NCBI RefSeq assembly: GCF_000025945.1
Contig: NC_006138.1
Span: forward strand, 3,030,001-3,062,000
From: Desulfotalea psychrophila LSv54
GTDB taxonomy: Bacteria; Desulfobacterota; Desulfobulbia; Desulfobulbales; Desulfocapsaceae
DNA: 32,000 nucleotides
Reading direction: 5' to 3'
This document shows, one piece after another, positions 1 to 8,800 of this stretch. Position 1 is the stretch's first letter; the number at the start of each line of letters is the position of its first letter. Below the pieces are notes generated by a model. That model was not told where the DNA came from and did not search any database. It was given only the letters and a program-made list of their open reading frames with translations. A program made the translations under genes and the position numbers.

Positions 1-2
1 AG

Positions 3-482
3 GCTTCTATAAACACCATAGAGGACCCATTTTTACTCAAGGCAGTACAGATGGCAGTAGATGGCCAGGAGCCCGAGACCCTACGCCGAATGCTGATGAC
101 TGAAATTGACTACATCCAGGTCAGACATGAAAAGGGTGGCGACATCTTTAACGCCCTGGCACTCTATGCCCCGGCCATGGGCATGGTTGGAACCCTGATT
201 GGTCTGGTGCAAATGCTCCAGACAATGGATGATCCGTCAACCATTGGCCCAGCCATGGCCGTTGCCCTTTTAACAACATTCTACGGCGCAGTCATAGCAA
301 ACGTTGTTTGTACCCCCATGGCAGGCAAGCTACGTAATCGATCAGACTCGGAAATCTTGACAAAGACTCTCATTGCCGAGGGAATGCAATCCATTTTATC
401 TGGAGAAAACCCCAGAATTATGGAACAAAAACTACATGCATTCATTGCGCCTAAGCTACGTGACTCTACCTTTAACAAATAA
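3..482 (+). CDS. motA: Flagellar stator protein MotA/PomA, C-terminal part (5' end lies upstream of the window)
   Basis: Frame 3 is open from base 3 with no stop before the listed Met at 51. Hydrophobic segments GMVGTLIGLVQML and ALLTTFYGAVIANVV are typical of the MotA/ExbB family. motB follows directly. Confidence 0.85.
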   Translation, partial: ASINTIEDPFLLKAVQMAVDGQEPETLRRMLMTEIDYIQVRHEKGGDIFNALALYAPAMGMVGTLIGLVQMLQTMDDPSTIGPAMAVALLTTFYGAVIANVVCTPMAGKLRNRSDSEILTKTLIAEGMQSILSGENPRIMEQKLHAFIAPKLRDSTFNK

Positions 483-491
483 GTCAAAATT

Positions 492-1241
492 ATGTCAGCT
501 GAAGAACTCCCGCAAAAAAAGGAAAAAAAATGCGCAGCAGGCGCCCCTGCCTGGATGGTGACCTACTCTGACCTGGTAACCCTGCTACTGACATTTTTTG
601 TCCTCCTCCTCTCCATGTCAAACGTTGACCCTGTTCGCATGAGCCAGGCATCCAGCTCTATCAAGGATGCCTTTGGCATCCCTATCAAGTCGGTGCCCAC
701 GGAGTATAGAGTACCTATCTTTCCCGCAATGCTCATAGCCAAATTTTCACCTGTCTCAATAGATAACACAAAGAAAATCCATGAAAAAATCAAAAACAAA
801 CTCAAAGCCCTGCGGATTAATTCTGAGGTAGAACTGATTAACAAAGACAAAGATATTATAATATTACGCATGGACGACAAGGTTCTTTTTGCCAGAGGCC
901 AATCTGAAATCAGCCCAAGATCTTACATGTTACTACGTAATATTGCAGACATAATCAGACCTCTACCCGTAAATGTCAGAATTGAAGGACATAGTGATGA
1001 CATCCCCCTTGGTATCAACAACATCGCCAACTGGAACCTCTCAACATCAAGGGCGGTCTCTGCCCTCCGTTTTTTTTACCGCGGAAATCTTATCTCCCTT
1101 GATCGACTCTCCGCCATTGGTTACGGAGACATGCATCCCATAGCCCCAAATACAACAGAGGAAAATAGAGCAAAAAATCGCCGGGTAGACTTTGTCCTCC
1201 GACTTAAGCCCCCTAAGAAAAAGCCAGAAATATTTAAATAA
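492..1241 (+). CDS. motB: Flagellar stator protein MotB (OmpA-like peptidoglycan-binding C-terminus)
   Basis: ATG start. N-terminal TM segment with the conserved Asp (WMVTYSDLVTLLLTFFVLLL). OmpA-like C-terminus (RIEGHSDDIPL...NWNLSTSRA...NRRVDFVL). Confidence 0.9.
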   Translation: MSAEELPQKKEKKCAAGAPAWMVTYSDLVTLLLTFFVLLLSMSNVDPVRMSQASSSIKDAFGIPIKSVPTEYRVPIFPAMLIAKFSPVSIDNTKKIHEKIKNKLKALRINSEVELINKDKDIIILRMDDKVLFARGQSEISPRSYMLLRNIADIIRPLPVNVRIEGHSDDIPLGINNIANWNLSTSRAVSALRFFYRGNLISLDRLSAIGYGDMHPIAPNTTEENRAKNRRVDFVLRLKPPKKKPEIFK

Positions 1242-1287
1242 TTTTCAATCCTTATAAATTATCTTCATCACAAAATCAGGCACTCAT

Positions 1288-1776
1288 ATGGCAGAAGAAA
1301 AAGCTTCCCCTCAGGAAAAAAACGGCAAGAAAAAAAAATTGTTCCTCATCGGTGGTATAGCCCTGGTGGCAATTATACTCATCGGAATTATCGCTTACCT
1401 GCTTCTCAACAAGGGCGATGACACTCAGGTAACAGATAAAAACGTCCCCGTCCCTCAGGTAAATGCAACAAACCTGGGCCCCATGGTCGATCTGCAAGAT
1501 TTTGTAGTCAACATTATCAGCGATGAAGAGAACCACTATGTAAAAACAGCCATCACTCTTGAGGTAAGCAATAGCAGCGCATCCGAAGAGGTAGGCATGC
1601 GAATGCCACAGATGCGTGACACTATTATTTTGATTTTTGGCAACAAAGATTACCGTGAGCTACAGGATCTTCAGGGAAAAAAACAACTCAAAGCAGAGAT
1701 AAGCTCTCGAATAAACGCAATATTACAAACCGGACAGGTGGTGGCGGTTTATTTTACAGCCTTTGTGGTACAATAA
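1288..1776 (+). CDS. fliL: Flagellar basal-body-associated protein FliL
   Basis: Lys-rich N-terminus, a single TM segment, then a FliL-like periplasmic domain (VDLQDFVVNI...HYVKTAITLEV...MPQMRDTIILIF). Lies between motB and fliM. Confidence 0.85.
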   Translation: MAEEKASPQEKNGKKKKLFLIGGIALVAIILIGIIAYLLLNKGDDTQVTDKNVPVPQVNATNLGPMVDLQDFVVNIISDEENHYVKTAITLEVSNSSASEEVGMRMPQMRDTIILIFGNKDYRELQDLQGKKQLKAEISSRINAILQTGQVVAVYFTAFVVQ

Positions 1777-1792
1777 TTGCTAAAGATTACAT

Positions 1793-2764
1793 ATGGAACC
1801 CATTCTTAGCAAAACAGAAATAGCCGAACTTCTCAGAGCTATCCGCCAAGGGAAAATATCTCTTGATGGTGGCCGAGAAGTAAACTCTATTGACTATGAA
1901 AAAGTTAATTTATTTGAACTGACACCTCCTGTTGATGACAAGGTTAAAATACCAAACTTTGACATCATTATGGATAGTTTCGCCCGTCATTACTCAATTT
2001 TACTGTCCAACCAACTACAGAGAACTATCTCTATTGAACGGATTAAGCTGGAGTCTTTTGACTTTCAGGATGTCTTTGACAAGATAGCGCACCCTGGTGC
2101 CATTGGCATGCTTGATTTACCTCCACTCCAGCAGGGCGGCCTCATTCTCTTTAATCCCAGCCTCTCTTTCTCACTGGTAGAGCGATTGCTTGGAGCCTCT
2201 CTTGATCTGGAAACTGTCTGCCTTAATAGAGACCCGACAACAATTGAGCTCAACGTCCTCAAGGTTATCATAGACCATGCCTGCCTGGGTCTCGACAAGG
2301 CATTTAGCCCTCTTGTCAACATGAATAGTTCCCTTGTCAAGATAGATAGTAAGCCCCGTCTTATGTCCATAACAGACCCAGACGATGAGGTTATCGCCTG
2401 CACCTTCCGAGTAATTCTCGGAAAAGACTCTGGAGAGATACTCCTTCTCATCCCACTGGCAGCCCTCGAGGTTCTCCATGAAGATCTCCAACATCTCCTC
2501 CGGGCAAGTGCAAAACGAACAACCACATGGCAGGGAACCATCGCCGCCGAAGTCAAAAAGATGACAGCCGATATTACAGCCCAGCCAGGTCGCCTGGAAC
2601 TCAGCGTTGGCGACATACTGGGACTACAAGTAGGAGACATATTGGAAGTTGACTATGATCCCAGTAAACCCCTCAAGGTTTTAGTAGAAAACAGCCCTAA
2701 GTTTTATGGTATCCCTGGCACACATAACGGCAAAAAAGCAATAAGTCTTACAGAAAGAATATAG
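1793..2764 (+). CDS. fliM: Flagellar motor switch protein FliM
   Basis: N-terminal CheY-P-binding-type motif LSKTEIAELL, a FliM middle domain and a C-terminal SpoA-like segment (LSVGDILGLQVGDILEVD). Confidence 0.92.
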   Translation: MEPILSKTEIAELLRAIRQGKISLDGGREVNSIDYEKVNLFELTPPVDDKVKIPNFDIIMDSFARHYSILLSNQLQRTISIERIKLESFDFQDVFDKIAHPGAIGMLDLPPLQQGGLILFNPSLSFSLVERLLGASLDLETVCLNRDPTTIELNVLKVIIDHACLGLDKAFSPLVNMNSSLVKIDSKPRLMSITDPDDEVIACTFRVILGKDSGEILLLIPLAALEVLHEDLQHLLRASAKRTTTWQGTIAAEVKKMTADITAQPGRLELSVGDILGLQVGDILEVDYDPSKPLKVLVENSPKFYGIPGTHNGKKAISLTERI

Positions 2765-2806
2765 ACACGCCCCTCTCCGGGGCCGGAAAGAGAAAAAGGA
2801 TCTTTT

Positions 2807-3178
2807 ATGGTACCAACAAATAACAGCCGACCAAATCACGAAGAGATTCAAGAGCTCTTACAAGAGGAACGGGAAAACACTGAACAAGAACATACCACTC
2901 TTGAAAATAATGAGGCCCGCTCTCTGGACTTTCTCTACGACGTACCACTTGAGGTCTCCGTCGAAGTGGGCAGAAGCAAAATTCTCATCAAAGATCTATT
3001 GAATATGGGCGAAGGATATGTCATAGAGCTGAATAAGGTTGCAGGAGACCCCCTGGACCTCTATGTCAATTCACGGCTTATTGCCCGTGGCGAAGCTGTG
3101 ATGATAGGGGACAAATTTGGTATACGTCTTACCGATGTCGTTAGTGCCTCCGATAGGCTTGAAAGGCTGGGCAAATAA
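2807..3178 (+). CDS. fliN: Flagellar motor switch protein FliN
   Basis: C-terminal SpoA/FliN domain (LYDVPLEVSVEVGRSKILIKDLLNMGEGYVIELNK...LYVNSRLIARGEAV). Confidence 0.92.
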   Translation: MVPTNNSRPNHEEIQELLQEERENTEQEHTTLENNEARSLDFLYDVPLEVSVEVGRSKILIKDLLNMGEGYVIELNKVAGDPLDLYVNSRLIARGEAVMIGDKFGIRLTDVVSASDRLERLGK

Positions 3179-3513
3179 TGATGGGCTGGGAACTGGAAGG
3201 CTACTTCAGAGTTATTTGGGCACTTGCCTTAGTGCTTGGCCTCATGCTCATCATTTACGCCCTGATCCGCAAACGCCTGTCCCCTCTGCATAGCAGGGAA
3301 GGCAAAAAAATAAACGTCCTTGAAATACAACCACTTATGCCGAAGAAATCTCTCTGTCTAGTTGCAGTTGCAAACCAACAGTTCCTTCTGGCTATCAGCG
3401 GAGAGCAGATTACCACCATTGCCGAGATCGACACAGCGACGAACCGTCCTTCCTTCGTAACAGAGCTCAACCACGCCCAGGAAAATCAAGCTCCAGAAAA
3501 AGCCTGTCAATAA
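3178..3513 (+). CDS. fliO: Flagellar export-apparatus assembly protein FliO
   Basis: TAATG overlap with fliN. Single N-terminal TM segment followed by an FliO-like segment (INVLEIQPLMPKKSLCLVAVANQQFLLAISGEQI). Lies between fliN and fliP. Confidence 0.8.
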   Translation: MMGWELEGYFRVIWALALVLGLMLIIYALIRKRLSPLHSREGKKINVLEIQPLMPKKSLCLVAVANQQFLLAISGEQITTIAEIDTATNRPSFVTELNHAQENQAPEKACQ

Positions 3514-3514
3514 A

Positions 3515-4297
3515 ATGAACAAGACCTTGAAATCACCCAATAGCGCCAAAAGCAAATATCTCTATATCCTCTTTCTGGCAACTATCTCTCTGCTGACAAG
3601 CAGTCATCCCTCATGGGCCGTTGGTCTACCCAATATCACCCTGGGCCTGGAAGATGCCGACTCACCAGAAAAGGTCTCAGCTGCCCTGCAGATTCTCTTT
3701 GTTCTTACTATAATTTCTGTCGCCCCAGCAATCGTCCTGATGATGACCTGCTTTACCCGCATTGTCATCGTCCTTGGTTTTGTTCGCCAGGCCATGGGCA
3801 CTCAAAATATGCCCCCAAACCAAATTGTCATTGGTTTCGCCCTATTTCTTACCTTCTTTATCATGTCGCCTACCATAAACAAAATAAACGACACAGCCCT
3901 TCAACCATATCTGGCAAAAGAGATCAGCCAAGGTAAAGCTCTGGATCTCACCGTGTTCTCCATGCGAGAGTTTATGTTCAGTCAGGTGCAGGAATCTGAG
4001 CTGAGCTTTATGGCTGAGTTAACCATTGAAAAAGAGCCTAAGGACAAGGCTGACATCCCGACCACCACCCTTATTCCTGCCTATATGCTCTCTGAGCTTA
4101 AGACAGCCTTTAGCATGGGGTTTATGGTATATATCCCCTTCCTTGTTATTGATATGATTGTGGCCTCGGTGCTGATGTCCATGGGTATGATGATGCTTCC
4201 ACCTGTTATTATCTCCATGCCATTTAAACTTCTGCTCTTTATCCTGGTAGATGGTTGGACTCTTATCGTTGGCTCCCTTGTTAAAAGTTTTGGTTAA
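3515..4297 (+). CDS. fliP: Flagellar type III export-gate protein FliP
   Basis: Signal-like N-terminus and conserved FliP core (ILFVLTIISVAPAIVLMMTCFTRIVIVLGFVRQAMG...PPNQI). Confidence 0.95.
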   Translation: MNKTLKSPNSAKSKYLYILFLATISLLTSSHPSWAVGLPNITLGLEDADSPEKVSAALQILFVLTIISVAPAIVLMMTCFTRIVIVLGFVRQAMGTQNMPPNQIVIGFALFLTFFIMSPTINKINDTALQPYLAKEISQGKALDLTVFSMREFMFSQVQESELSFMAELTIEKEPKDKADIPTTTLIPAYMLSELKTAFSMGFMVYIPFLVIDMIVASVLMSMGMMMLPPVIISMPFKLLLFILVDGWTLIVGSLVKSFG

Positions 4298-4306
4298 GGA
4301 AAAATT

Positions 4307-4573
4307 ATGCTCACCCCGGAACTTGCCGTCAATGTCTGCCGCAAGGCTATCCAGACGATCCTCATGTGCGCAGCGCCCATGCTCCTTGCCGGTATGATTG
4401 TTGGCCTTTTTGTCTCCATCTTTCAGGCAGCGACTCAAATCAATGAGCAAACCCTTACCTTTATTCCGAAAATCATAGCCGTCTTTGTCACCATGCTCCT
4501 CTTCGGCCCCTGGATAATTAAACTGCTCCTGACCTTCACCTCTGGCGTATTCACCACAATTGCCAGCTTTTAG
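4307..4573 (+). CDS. fliQ: Flagellar type III export-gate protein FliQ
   Basis: 88 aa with two TM segments and a FliQ-like sequence (SIFQAATQINEQTLTFIPKIIAVF). Confidence 0.93.
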   Translation: MLTPELAVNVCRKAIQTILMCAAPMLLAGMIVGLFVSIFQAATQINEQTLTFIPKIIAVFVTMLLFGPWIIKLLLTFTSGVFTTIASF

Positions 4574-4738
4574 GAAACCTTGCAAGATGCTTTCTCCTTC
4601 AAATCCCTTCATTCTTCGAAAAACTTTGTGCCCTAAGAAGAGGATAGATTCCACTAGCAATAATGTCTCCGGCAAAATGTCACGAAGCCTTCACCCTTTA
4701 ATAAAACATTCACCTTCCCAAGCTAGTTTTTAATATCC

Positions 4739-5521
4739 ATGGATCCCCTACTTATCCCAATTGAGCAATTCCAACTCTTTCTCGTCGTGCTCAGTCGCGT
4801 TGCCGGATTCGTTGGGGCAATTCCCGTCATCTCTTCGGTGCAAAGCCCCAAACAGATAAAGATAGCCCTTGCCTGTAGCGTTGCACTGGTCCTCTTCCCC
4901 ATCATGTCCCCGGTAATCCATATAAAAGAGCTCACCATGCCCAGCTTCGCCCTGCTCATTGTAGCCGAGGTACTGGTGGGCACCACCATCGGCTTTGCCG
5001 CAAAACTCATCTTTACCTCCATCGAATTTGGCGCCACCGTCATTGGCTACCAAATGGGCTTTGCCGCCGCCAATGTTTTTGACCCACAGACAAAGGGGCA
5101 GGTCGCACTGATTTCACAGTTTCAAAACTCCTTTGCAATCCTTATATTTTTAGCAATTGATGGCCACCATATCTTTATCCACACCGCATCCATATCCTAT
5201 CAGTTTTTGCCGCCAGGACAGTTCAACTATAGCGGCGGAGCTGTACCCTACCTGATAGAGCTCACCGCTCATATGTTCCAAATGGGCATCCAGTTCAGTG
5301 CCCCCGTCCTGGCCGTTTTGCTTCTATCCGGTCTTATTCTGGGTATTCTCTCCAGAGTTTTCCCCCAACTCAATGTATTCATGCTCTCTTTTCCAATCAA
5401 CATAGGACTGGCCTTCACTGTCATATCTTTGACACTAGGCCTGTTGGCAATGCTCCTTAGTCGGGAATTTGACCAGCTCCCGGAACGGATTCTAAATATA
5501 CTCACCCTGCTTCACAACTAA
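4739..5521 (+). CDS. fliR: Flagellar type III export-gate protein FliR
   Basis: 260-aa polytopic membrane protein. N-terminus FQLFLVVLSRVAGFVGAIPV is typical of FliR. An in-frame stop at 4724-4726 rules out a longer N-terminus. Confidence 0.9.
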   Translation: MDPLLIPIEQFQLFLVVLSRVAGFVGAIPVISSVQSPKQIKIALACSVALVLFPIMSPVIHIKELTMPSFALLIVAEVLVGTTIGFAAKLIFTSIEFGATVIGYQMGFAAANVFDPQTKGQVALISQFQNSFAILIFLAIDGHHIFIHTASISYQFLPPGQFNYSGGAVPYLIELTAHMFQMGIQFSAPVLAVLLLSGLILGILSRVFPQLNVFMLSFPINIGLAFTVISLTLGLLAMLLSREFDQLPERILNILTLLHN

Positions 5522-5538
5522 TAGAGACAAAAACAACA

Positions 5539-5559
5539 CTGCCGCCCCCCCCCCGGCAG
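5539..5559 (+). other. Stem-loop CTGCCG-(C)9-CGGCAG containing a 10-nt poly-C run (5545-5554), in the fliR-flhB spacer
   Basis: Direct reading shows a perfect 6-bp inverted repeat flanking the homopolymer. No U-tract follows. Confidence 0.6.
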
Positions 5560-5576
5560 CGGTGCAGTTCTTGCAT
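5560..5576 (+). promoter_or_regulatory. Candidate sigma-54 (-24/-12) promoter upstream of flhB
   Basis: CGGTGCAGTTCTTGCAT has GG (5561-62) and GC (5573-74) at the canonical GG-N10-GC spacing and a consensus TTGCA at -12. The -24 element is imperfect (GGTGCA versus TGGCAC). The -12 element lies about 48 nt upstream of the flhB ATG. Confidence 0.3.
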
Positions 5577-5621
5577 TCTTTCTCCCAACAACAACAAAAT
5601 ATTTCCACCTAACGAGGCATT

Positions 5622-6689
5622 ATGGCAGAGGAAGCTCCAACAGGAGGCGAACGTACGGAAGACGCCAGTAGCAAGAGGCGGGAAGACTTCCGGAAAAAGG
5701 GCCAGGTCGCCCAGTCAAAGGAGGTTCAGACTGCTGCCCTCTTCACCCTGCTCCTACTCTTTTGGTCTTTCTATATTGGGATTTTCGGCAGGAAGCTCCT
5801 GATCCTTATCCAATCCATATGGCAATCACTAGAGAGCTTTTCCCCAACGCCTTCCCAGACCATGCAACTTGCCCTCTTTGTCATCAAGGAGTGCGCCATC
5901 ATACTTGCGCCCCTCTTTCTTCTCGTGGTTATTGTCGGCATTGCCTCAAGCTTTTTTCAGATCGGTTGGCTCTTCACCACCAAACCACTCAGCCCAGATT
6001 TCAGCAAGATGAACCCTATCGCCGGCTTTGGTCGTTTTTTCTCCAAAAAATCCTTCATCGAGGTGATCAAGTCCCTGAGCAAGGTCACCCTCATAGGTTG
6101 GCTTGCCTTCTCCACCATTATTGAACATTTCAACGAGGCACTGGTACAAACCGATACCAGCCCCATGGCAACTCTGGTCTTTATCGGAGTCACAGCAAGT
6201 CTCATTGTAGCCAAGGTCTGCGCCATTCTTATCCTTCTGGCCTTTATCGACTTTCTCTATGTGAAGTGGGAAATGGAAGAAAAGATGAAGATGACCAAAC
6301 AGGAGCAGAAAGAGGAGTTTAAGGAGAGCGAGGGTGATCCACATATTAAGTCACAAATCCGCGCCATCCAACAGGAAATGGCCAGAAAAAGAATGATGGC
6401 CGACGTACCTGGAGCCGATGTCATCATCACCAACCCAACCCATATATCCATTGCTCTCCGTTACCGGGCAGGACAGGACCAAGCCCCGATCATCGTCGCC
6501 AAAGGAGTCGATTTTGTGGCAATGAAAATTCGAGAAATAGCCCGAGAAAACAGCATCCCCATTATCGAAAACCCACCTGTGGCACGCATGTTGCATAAGA
6601 TTGAGATAGGGGGCTCAGTTCCCGAAGAAATGTTCGCAGTCGTGGCCGAAATATTGGCACACGTTTACTCGCTTAAAGGTAAGGGTTAA
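5622..6689 (+). CDS. flhB: Flagellar export switch protein FlhB
   Basis: Four N-terminal TM segments and a C-terminal domain with the NPTH autocleavage motif (VIITNPTHISIALRY). Confidence 0.95.
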   Translation: MAEEAPTGGERTEDASSKRREDFRKKGQVAQSKEVQTAALFTLLLLFWSFYIGIFGRKLLILIQSIWQSLESFSPTPSQTMQLALFVIKECAIILAPLFLLVVIVGIASSFFQIGWLFTTKPLSPDFSKMNPIAGFGRFFSKKSFIEVIKSLSKVTLIGWLAFSTIIEHFNEALVQTDTSPMATLVFIGVTASLIVAKVCAILILLAFIDFLYVKWEMEEKMKMTKQEQKEEFKESEGDPHIKSQIRAIQQEMARKRMMADVPGADVIITNPTHISIALRYRAGQDQAPIIVAKGVDFVAMKIREIARENSIPIIENPPVARMLHKIEIGGSVPEEMFAVVAEILAHVYSLKGKG

Positions 6690-6691
6690 CA

Positions 6692-8800
6692 ATGGCAGTT
6701 GATGTCTTAAAAAAATTTGCTACTAAGCAACATTTTCAGGAGTTTCTGGGTCGCAGTGATATCGCTGCCTCTTTGGGCCTTGTTTCCATTCTGATGATCA
6801 TGATCATCCCCCTGCCGTCAATAATCCTTGACCTCTTTCTTTCCCTGAACATCACCATTGCCCTGCTCATTCTGATCATCAGCGTATATACAGTGGAGTC
6901 CACGGATTTCTCTATTTTTCCCTCGCTCCTGCTAACCACAACACTTTTTCGACTGGCACTCAACGTTGCCTCCACCAGGCTCATCCTCCTCCGGGGAGAT
7001 GAAGGCCCAGGTGCCGCCGGTTCTGTTATCCAGTCCTTTGGTCAATTTGTCGTTGGCGGTAATTATGTTGTCGGTATTGTTATCTTCGCCATCCTGGTCC
7101 TGATTAACTTTATGGTTATCACCAAGGGTGCAGGCCGAGTGGCAGAGGTTGCCGCCCGTTTCACCCTCGATGCCATGCCCGGTAAACAGATGGCAATCGA
7201 TGCCGATCTGAACGCCGGCCTAATAGATGAGCAACAGGCCAGAGAGAGACGAGAACATATTTCCGCAGAATCCGCCTTTCACGGAGCCATGGATGGTGCC
7301 TCAAAATTCGTTAAGGGAGATGCCATCGCCGGTATCATTATCACCCTTATTAATATTGGGGCAGGATTTGTCATTGGTGTTCTGCAAAAGGGCATGCCCA
7401 TGGCCGAAGCTGCCGCCAACTATACCATTCTCACCGTAGGCGACGGCCTTGTTGGCCAAATCCCCGCCCTTATTATCTCAACGGCCGCTGGTCTGCTCGT
7501 GACAAGATCAACCGGTGATAAAGATTTTGGCTCGGATCTAGCTGCCCAATTCTCTAGAAACTCGACAGCTATCTGGGTGGTCTCAGCTATCCTTATTGTC
7601 TTTGCCCTAATCCCGGGACTCCCCTTTATTCCCTTTCTTATTCTCTCTATCGCTCTGGCCTTTATTGCTCACCACATAGACAAAAAGGCAAAAGCTGAAG
7701 AGAATGATCCTCAGGCCCAAAGAGACGAGACGCCGGAACAGGCACTGGAAGCACAGGAAGAAGACTATGAGGCAATGCTCAACGTCGATCTGCTTCAACT
7801 TGAGGTAGGCTATGGCCTCATCCCCTATGTTGATGCAGGACAGAATGGTGAGATACTCAGCCGTATCCAATCAATACGAAAACAGTTTGCCCTCAACCAA
7901 GGCTTCATTCTTCCACCTATACATATCAGAGACAATCTGCAACTCAGCCCTAATCAGTACACCTTGGCCCTCAAGGGGGTCCTCATTGCTGAATCAGAAA
8001 TTCTACCAGACCATTTCATGGCAATGGATCCAGGCACCGTTACCCAGGATATTCAGGGAATTGCCACCACTGAGCCTGCCTTTGGCCTACCGGCCCTATG
8101 GATTACCGACGACAAAATGGACAGGGCTCAAATTGCAGGTTACACCGTGGTTGACTGCGCCACCGTAATGACCACCCATATCAGTGAAGTAATCAAACAG
8201 CATGCCCATGAAATAATCGGTCGCCAGGAGGTTCAGGGCTTATTGGACAACTTAGGCAAGACCTATCCAAAACTGGTGGAAGACCTGGTGCCGACAGTTG
8301 TTTCCCTTGGCACCATTATGCACGTCCTGCAAAACCTCCTTAAAGAGGCCGTATCTATTCGCGATCTGCGAACCATCATTGAAACCTTGGCTGACTGGTC
8401 AACAACCAGCAAAGACCCTATGGTTCTCACGGAATATGTTCGCCACAGCCTTTCCCGAGCCATCAGTGCAGAAATTTCAATAGATGGCAGCATCTCACTT
8501 ATCACCCTCTCTAAACCTGCAGAAGACGCTATTCAAAACGCTATCCAACACAAAGATACGGGGAGCTACCTTGCCGTAGACCCAGTTATTGCCCAAAGAA
8601 TCCTTGACTCTGTCAGCCAGGCAATACCCCTTTTTCAGGGCGGGCAACAGCCGGTCCTACTTGTAGCACCACAGATCAGACCACATGTACGTAGTTTAAC
8701 TGAACGCTATTTTCCAGCACTGACAGTACTCTCTCATAACGAAATTAGCCCTACCCTTAAAGTGCAATCTCTTGGAACGGTGACACTGGATGCAATTTAA
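6692..8800 (+). CDS. flhA: Flagellar export-apparatus protein FlhA
   Basis: 702 aa. Conserved FHGAMDGASKFVKGDAIAG loop and a large cytoplasmic C-terminal domain. Confidence 0.96.
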   Translation: MAVDVLKKFATKQHFQEFLGRSDIAASLGLVSILMIMIIPLPSIILDLFLSLNITIALLILIISVYTVESTDFSIFPSLLLTTTLFRLALNVASTRLILLRGDEGPGAAGSVIQSFGQFVVGGNYVVGIVIFAILVLINFMVITKGAGRVAEVAARFTLDAMPGKQMAIDADLNAGLIDEQQARERREHISAESAFHGAMDGASKFVKGDAIAGIIITLINIGAGFVIGVLQKGMPMAEAAANYTILTVGDGLVGQIPALIISTAAGLLVTRSTGDKDFGSDLAAQFSRNSTAIWVVSAILIVFALIPGLPFIPFLILSIALAFIAHHIDKKAKAEENDPQAQRDETPEQALEAQEEDYEAMLNVDLLQLEVGYGLIPYVDAGQNGEILSRIQSIRKQFALNQGFILPPIHIRDNLQLSPNQYTLALKGVLIAESEILPDHFMAMDPGTVTQDIQGIATTEPAFGLPALWITDDKMDRAQIAGYTVVDCATVMTTHISEVIKQHAHEIIGRQEVQGLLDNLGKTYPKLVEDLVPTVVSLGTIMHVLQNLLKEAVSIRDLRTIIETLADWSTTSKDPMVLTEYVRHSLSRAISAEISIDGSISLITLSKPAEDAIQNAIQHKDTGSYLAVDPVIAQRILDSVSQAIPLFQGGQQPVLLVAPQIRPHVRSLTERYFPALTVLSHNEISPTLKVQSLGTVTLDAI

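Noticed and set aside
4019-4675. 218-aa minus-strand ORF spanning fliP and fliQ
   Set aside because: It is antisense to two highly conserved export-gate genes. The His/Gly/Lys-rich translation has no family resemblance, so it is most likely a frame artefact.
4587-4733. 48-codon ORF filling the fliQ-fliR gap
   Set aside because: It has no convincing RBS, a basic low-complexity sequence, no TM segment and no known motif. It is mentioned only inside the gap finding.
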